Assembly: GCA_963721805.1 (NCBI GenBank)
Contig: CAVRJY010000001.1
Span: 672,001 to 736,000, forward strand
DNA length: 64,000 nucleotides
Direction: 5' to 3'
DNA from: Nitrospirota bacterium
Lineage (GTDB): Bacteria > Nitrospirota > Thermodesulfovibrionia > Thermodesulfovibrionales > JdFR-86
The first letter of the stretch is position 1; each line of letters opens with the position of its first letter. Shown piece by piece: positions 59,435-64,000 of the stretch. Under the pieces are notes generated by a model that saw only the letters and a program-made list of their open reading frames with translations, made no database searches and was not told the DNA's origin. Made by a program: the position numbers and the translations under genes.

Positions 59435-59737
59435 TTGAACGTACAGGTCGACAACCTCGAGCCGGGCATGAAGCTCGCCAGGGACATCACGAACGAATCT
59501 GGGATGGTGCTCATCGTGCGCTCTACCCTGCTGACGCCCGAGCTCATCAAGCGCCTGCAGGGCATGGCTATAGACAGCGTCAGCATCGTCGCGCCCGGAA
59601 GCTCGATGCCGCCCAAGGACCGCATCTTCGCCGAGCTCCAGAAGCGCTTCTCCAAGACCAACGGGGACCCGAACATGGACCACCTCCGCCAGCTCTTCGA
59701 GGCCCGGCTGGACGAGCTCTACAGGGACGCCCCGTGA
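59435..59737 (+). CDS. Small hypothetical protein (HDOD/HD-GYP-associated type)
   Basis: VDNLEPGMKLARDI..G.VL..LLT motif; overlaps the HDOD gene start. Confidence 0.75.
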   Translation: MNVQVDNLEPGMKLARDITNESGMVLIVRSTLLTPELIKRLQGMAIDSVSIVAPGSSMPPKDRIFAELQKRFSKTNGDPNMDHLRQLFEARLDELYRDAP

Positions 59738-60573
59738 AGGACGCCCGCATACTGCGCGAAGAGATCGAGAACATCGACACGCTCCCGACGATCCCAAGCG
59801 TGCTGCAGCGCCTCCTGCGCGTCATCGAAAACCCCAAGGTCTCCCTTAACGAGATCAGCAATACGATACTCAGCGACCCGGTACTGACCTCGCGCGTGCT
59901 GAAGCTCGTAAACTCGCCTATATACGGCTTCCCCGGCAGGATCAGCTCGCTCACTCAGGCCCTGATACTGCTCGGCCTCAACGTGGTCAGGGGCATGCTG
60001 CTCGGCGTATCGGTGTTCGAGGCCATGGAGATGACTATGACCGGGCTTTGGAAGCACTCGCTCGGCTGCGCCGTGACGGCGCGCCTCGTGGCGAAGCGCG
60101 TCGGGGCCTCCGAGCCCGAGGAGATCGCGGTCGCGGCCCTGCTGCACGACATCGGCAAGGTCGTGCTCAAGCTCAAGTATCCCGAGGACTACTCTGCGGT
60201 GATCAAGAGGACCGAGGAGTCCGGGATGTACATAGTCGAGGTCGAGAAGGAGATATTCCATATCACGCACGCCGACGCCGGCTCGTGGATAGCGCAGAAG
60301 TGGAACTTCCCCAAGCACCTCGTCGAGGCCATAGCATATCACCACAAGCCTCAGATCGCCCGAAACGTCCCGATGCACGCCGCCATAGTGCACTTCTCCG
60401 ACGCGCTCGTGCGGGCCAAGGGCTTCGGGTTTTCCGGCGACCCCTACGTGCCGCAGGTCCACCCGGCGGCCTGGAAGCTCCTGAACCTCTCCGACGGGGA
60501 GGTCATGGACCTGCTTCGGGAGCTCGACGACGCCCTGAGCGTGGCCGAAGACACGATCCTGAGCGATGACTAA
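59734..60573 (+). CDS. HDOD-domain protein
   Basis: LPTIP, DPVLTSRVLKLVNS, LLHDIGK, WNFP, YHH. Confidence 0.92.
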   Translation: MKDARILREEIENIDTLPTIPSVLQRLLRVIENPKVSLNEISNTILSDPVLTSRVLKLVNSPIYGFPGRISSLTQALILLGLNVVRGMLLGVSVFEAMEMTMTGLWKHSLGCAVTARLVAKRVGASEPEEIAVAALLHDIGKVVLKLKYPEDYSAVIKRTEESGMYIVEVEKEIFHITHADAGSWIAQKWNFPKHLVEAIAYHHKPQIARNVPMHAAIVHFSDALVRAKGFGFSGDPYVPQVHPAAWKLLNLSDGEVMDLLRELDDALSVAEDTILSDD

Positions 60574-61492
60574 CGACCAGCCCTCGATAACCGTTATCTC
60601 AAGGGACGAGGGGTTCAAGGACATGGTCTCCGGCCTGCTCGGAGACAGGTACGTGCTCGTCAACTTCCCTGACATCCAGACCTCGATAGACTATATCTAC
60701 AACTCGCTGCCGAGCATGGTCCTGATCCACCTGCTCAAGGACGACCGCCTCTCTCCCTCGATACTCAAGGCCTTCAAGAGCGACCCGATATTCTCTCAGC
60801 TCCCGGTGCTCGGCGTGCTGGAGGACGGCTACGTAATCCCCTCATGGGACTTCCTGCTGGTGGACGATTTCATCCGGGGCATCGACGTGGTGGCGGACCT
60901 CTCGCTGCGCGCGGACCTCTGCGTAAAGCGCTCCGAGCGCATGGTGGACGTAAGCCCCCTGACCAAACTTCCGGGCAATATCGCGATATTAAAGCAGGTC
61001 CAGAGCAGGCTCTCGCGCGGCGAGAAGTTCGCGCTCGCCTACTGCGACCTGGACCACTTCAAGCCCTTCAACGACCGCTACGGCTTCGGCCGCGGAGATG
61101 AGGTCATAAAGATGCTCGGCCGCCTGATCCTCAACAGCGTGTTAGAGGCCCAGCCCGTAGGTAGCTTCGTCGGCCACATCGGAGGAGACGACTTCATCTT
61201 CATCACCGAGACCGCGGTCGCGGACCAGACCGCGCACAGCATCACGGAGTTCTTCGACAACATCATCCCGACCTTCTATGACCAGGCGGACAACGAGGCC
61301 GGCTGCATCGCCTCGGTCGACCGCGAGGGCAAGCAGCGCCAGTTCCCGATCATGAGCCTCTCGATAGGCATCGCGCACAACCTGAGCCGGAGCTTCATAC
61401 ACTTCGGGGAGATGGCCGAGGCGGCGTCGGAGATGAAGAAGTATGCTAAGAACCACGAAGGCAGCTTCGTGGTGATGGACAGACGCAGGTAG
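60566..61492 (+). CDS. Diguanylate cyclase (degenerate REC + GGDEF)
   Basis: PLTKLPGN, DLDHFKPFNDRYG..GD, HIGGDDF. Confidence 0.9.
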   Translation: MTNDQPSITVISRDEGFKDMVSGLLGDRYVLVNFPDIQTSIDYIYNSLPSMVLIHLLKDDRLSPSILKAFKSDPIFSQLPVLGVLEDGYVIPSWDFLLVDDFIRGIDVVADLSLRADLCVKRSERMVDVSPLTKLPGNIAILKQVQSRLSRGEKFALAYCDLDHFKPFNDRYGFGRGDEVIKMLGRLILNSVLEAQPVGSFVGHIGGDDFIFITETAVADQTAHSITEFFDNIIPTFYDQADNEAGCIASVDREGKQRQFPIMSLSIGIAHNLSRSFIHFGEMAEAASEMKKYAKNHEGSFVVMDRRR

Positions 61493-61511
61493 GGTTCTGT
61501 CGCTTCGCTGG

Positions 61512-61673
61512 AAAGACGCGCTAAATACGCGTGATACTGCGTCAGTGCTTCAAAGACACGCCCTCGGAGTACGTCTCAGTACACCGTCGGGCGGTCTTCT
61601 CGCCCTTCCTTGTCTGACGCGATTTATCGCGCTTTGGTGATACGCGCAGGGTCAAGCGCGAGCGGTCAACGGC
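61512..61673 (-). repeat. Long-hairpin interspersed repeat, copy 5 (inverted)
   Basis: Reverse complement reads GCCGTTGACC..AAAGCGCGATAAAT..TCAGACAAGG..GAAGACCGCCC..GTAC-N6-GTAC..ACGCAGTATCA..CTTT. Confidence 0.93.
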
Positions 61674-61700
61674 ATTGGAAAAACTTTATGGTTATAAGGG

Positions 61701-62705
61701 TTAGTTTTTGGGGACAAACGAATACACGACGCCACTATTTGGCAATAACCATTCATTATACTGCATTGAAAAGAAACCTTCACGATGATCCTCAATAACC
61801 TTTTCTGGATGAGAGACCATCGGCTGAAACCTTAATTTCATTTCTTTAGGATATGATATTGTCATATAAAAAGTTTTTGTGGGATGTGCCATTGACCAAT
61901 TTGAAAACTGGCCTGTTTCCATTTTATAGACTGATTTTAATTCCACATACAATCCATTTTCGCTAAAATTACTCAAGGGGAAAATTAGTCCCTTTTGTTC
62001 AATTTCACTGCGCGGAACTTGCTTCTCAGTGCCATTGCATTTAACAACAAATTCATCATCTTTCTTATTCATTGACAATACGGGGTTGTTTTTTACCTTC
62101 ATTTCAACGCTTATAATATCTAAGAACTCTCCTGGATCTGGCTTCCACTTTATAGTATCCTGAATTTTTCCGCCAACCATTTTACAGGCATATGTAAGTC
62201 TATCGCTAATTAAAATACCTGGCGGTTCATCTGACTCTTCCACTACAATCTCGCACTTAACGTTATCTCTATATGGTTCGCTAATATACTTACTTAAGTT
62301 ATCCTGAAAATAATTCAAAAAACTTCCTTCCTTATCTATATCTGAGGTATGAAAATATGCTTTCAAGGTCTTAATCTGAAGATTTGAAAGGGTTTCTTGA
62401 TCCATAGAATTTAAATATTCTTGTTCCAAAACTACATTTTTCAATCTTTCCTCAAAATAATGCTGCCAATCAGGTAATTGCAAAAAGAAAGAAAATATGC
62501 CAGATGTGAAAATCGTGAAACCAAGCAGCTCAAAAAAATTATATATCAGCTTAGATATATCCGATGCTTTTTCAAAATCCGCCGGTTTATTATAAAGAGT
62601 TATTATCGCGATTAATAATCCCATTGATACCAAAAGAGTCGCGGACAAAACACTTAGCTTTCTCAGAATGTGTAAAATCTTCTTTTCTTTCTTTCCAGTT
62701 ATCAC
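61701..62705 (-). CDS. AT-rich hypothetical protein with 2 N-terminal TM segments and a beta-rich C-terminal domain
   Basis: 334-aa ORF, clearly AT-rich relative to flanks; two hydrophobic segments in the first ~75 aa; start codon uncertain. Confidence 0.8.
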   Translation of the reverse strand: MITGKKEKKILHILRKLSVLSATLLVSMGLLIAIITLYNKPADFEKASDISKLIYNFFELLGFTIFTSGIFSFFLQLPDWQHYFEERLKNVVLEQEYLNSMDQETLSNLQIKTLKAYFHTSDIDKEGSFLNYFQDNLSKYISEPYRDNVKCEIVVEESDEPPGILISDRLTYACKMVGGKIQDTIKWKPDPGEFLDIISVEMKVKNNPVLSMNKKDDEFVVKCNGTEKQVPRSEIEQKGLIFPLSNFSENGLYVELKSVYKMETGQFSNWSMAHPTKTFYMTISYPKEMKLRFQPMVSHPEKVIEDHREGFFSMQYNEWLLPNSGVVYSFVPKN

Positions 62706-62818
62706 GAAGAGTTCCGCCTAACAGTGATTTTACGTTGCTGTTATCATAAGTGAACATGCACATTAAATGCAATAAATATTGCAGAAAAAAAAGAACATTA
62801 GCGGCACTTGTGATCAAT

Positions 62819-62979
62819 GCCGTTGACCGCTCGCGCGATTAGCACACAGCACCACCAAAGCGCGATAAATTAGGCTCAGACAAGGAACGGCGAGGACCCC
62901 AACCGGAGGCGTACTGTGTCGTACGTTGAGGATTGGGGCCGCAGCCGTGACGCAGTATCAGGCAATTTAGCGCGGCTTT
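62819..62979 (+). repeat. Long-hairpin interspersed repeat, copy 6
   Basis: GCCGTTGACC..AAAGCGCGATAAAT..TCAGACAAGG..CGTAC-N6-GTACG..ACGCAGTATCA..GCTTT. Confidence 0.93.
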
Positions 62980-64000
62980 CCAATCCGCCCCTCTATCAAG
63001 AGATCAGGCCCGACGCGCCGCACCGTCATATCCCCTACCATGAGCGCGTCTTCGAGTTTGCGGAACGCATCGCCCCCGACGACCGGGAATGAGCGCAGCC
63101 CCGCCGATGATCTTGGGAGCGACGAATATCATCACCCGGTCCACGATGCCCTCCATCAGGGCATGGCCGTTGAGTGTCGCTCCACCCTCGATCAGCACCG
63201 AGTTCATCCCGATAGAGCCAAGCTCCCGAAGCAGCCACTTCAAGTCGAGCGTGCCCTTGTAGCCCAGTATCCTCACCCCGCGCGCCTCGAACGAGCGCGC
63301 CAGAGCACCACCACTCTCCCTCGTAACGATGATCGTATCCGGCGGGGTCTGAAGCACCCGTGCGCTGTCCGCGATGCGAAGTGACGGGTCGATGACCACG
63401 CGCACCGGCTGGTGCGCACCTCGAATGCGCGCGGTGAGTTCCGGGTCGTCGGCCGCTACGGTGCCGATCCCTGTGATGACCGCGTCCACCGAAGAGCGGA
63501 GCCTGTGCACGATCTTGCGCGCCGGTGCCGAGGTGATCCATTTCGACTGGCCCTCGGGTGTGGCGATCTTGCCATCTAGCGTCATCGCGGCCTTCAGGGT
63601 GACGAACGGGAGCCCGGTCGTGATTTGCTTGATATATGCCTCGTTGAGTGCGCGGGCCTTGTCCTCGAGCACGCAGCAGGTCGTCTTGATCCCGGCCGCC
63701 TCGATCTCGGCGATGCCCCGGCCCGAGACCTTCGGGTTTGGGTCCCTCATCGCGACCACCACGCGGGCCACTCCCGAGGCGATGATCGCTTTTGTGCAGG
63801 GCGGGGTGCGCTTCTTGGTGTGGCAGCAGGGCTCCAAAGAGACATAGAGCGTCGCACCACGCGCTTTCTCGCCCGCGCTTTGGAGCACGAGCGCCTCGGC
63901 GTGAGGCGTGCCTGCCCTGCGGTGGTAGTCCTCGGCGATGACCCGCCCGGAGCGCACCAGCACCGCGCCGACCATCGGGTTCGGGCTCGTGCGGCCCCGG
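62967..64000 (-). CDS. ribD: Riboflavin biosynthesis RibD (5' end off the window; +1 frameshift at ~63100)
   Basis: TSPNPMVG, HAE, LEPCCH..PPC, TLDGKIA, EGG. Removing one base of the C4 run at 63099-63102 restores ..VGPDLLIEGRIGKPR*. Confidence 0.95.

Noticed and set aside
60566..61492. Possible GacA-type (Hypr) 3',3'-cGAMP synthase
   Set aside because: It resembles that subfamily (PLTKLPG, HIGGDDF) but has Asp (GRGDEV) at the position where, as I recall, Hypr enzymes have Ser/Thr. An ordinary c-di-GMP cyclase is predicted.

Overview
A GC-rich bacterial chromosome segment. The 16S sequence and gene content suggest Nitrospirota, probably Thermodesulfovibrionia (judged by eye, not by search). 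Most of it is housekeeping: mutS, gcvH-lpdA, eno-ftsB, purC, a 16S-23S rRNA operon, rpsU-NIF3-dnaG-rpoD, proA, rpiB-glyA-nrdR, apgM-lysC, tRNA-Asn, ornithine decarboxylase-speE, surE-pcm, moxR-DUF58-tgpA and ribD. Main unusual features: (1) a 160-177 bp long-hairpin repeat with compensatory base changes, in six full copies and one partial copy. Most copies border short accessory cargo (a DUF4258/DUF2283 toxin-antitoxin pair, DUF3795, and two apparently homologous AT-rich genes 61 kb apart). No recombinase or transposase is in the window, so this is a candidate dispersed cassette system. (2) A fluoride riboswitch whose first downstream gene is a dynamin-like GTPase, ahead of crcB-DUF190-MFS. 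(3) An rRNA operon with no linked 5S or spacer tRNA, an enlarged 16S helix 6 and a ~250-nt structured insertion in 23S domain I. (4) An AidH-like hydrolase followed by two atypical LuxR regulators, lying between two convergent RpoD paralogs. (5) Many apparently leaderless genes. Several +1 frameshifts in conserved genes look like sequencing or assembly errors.
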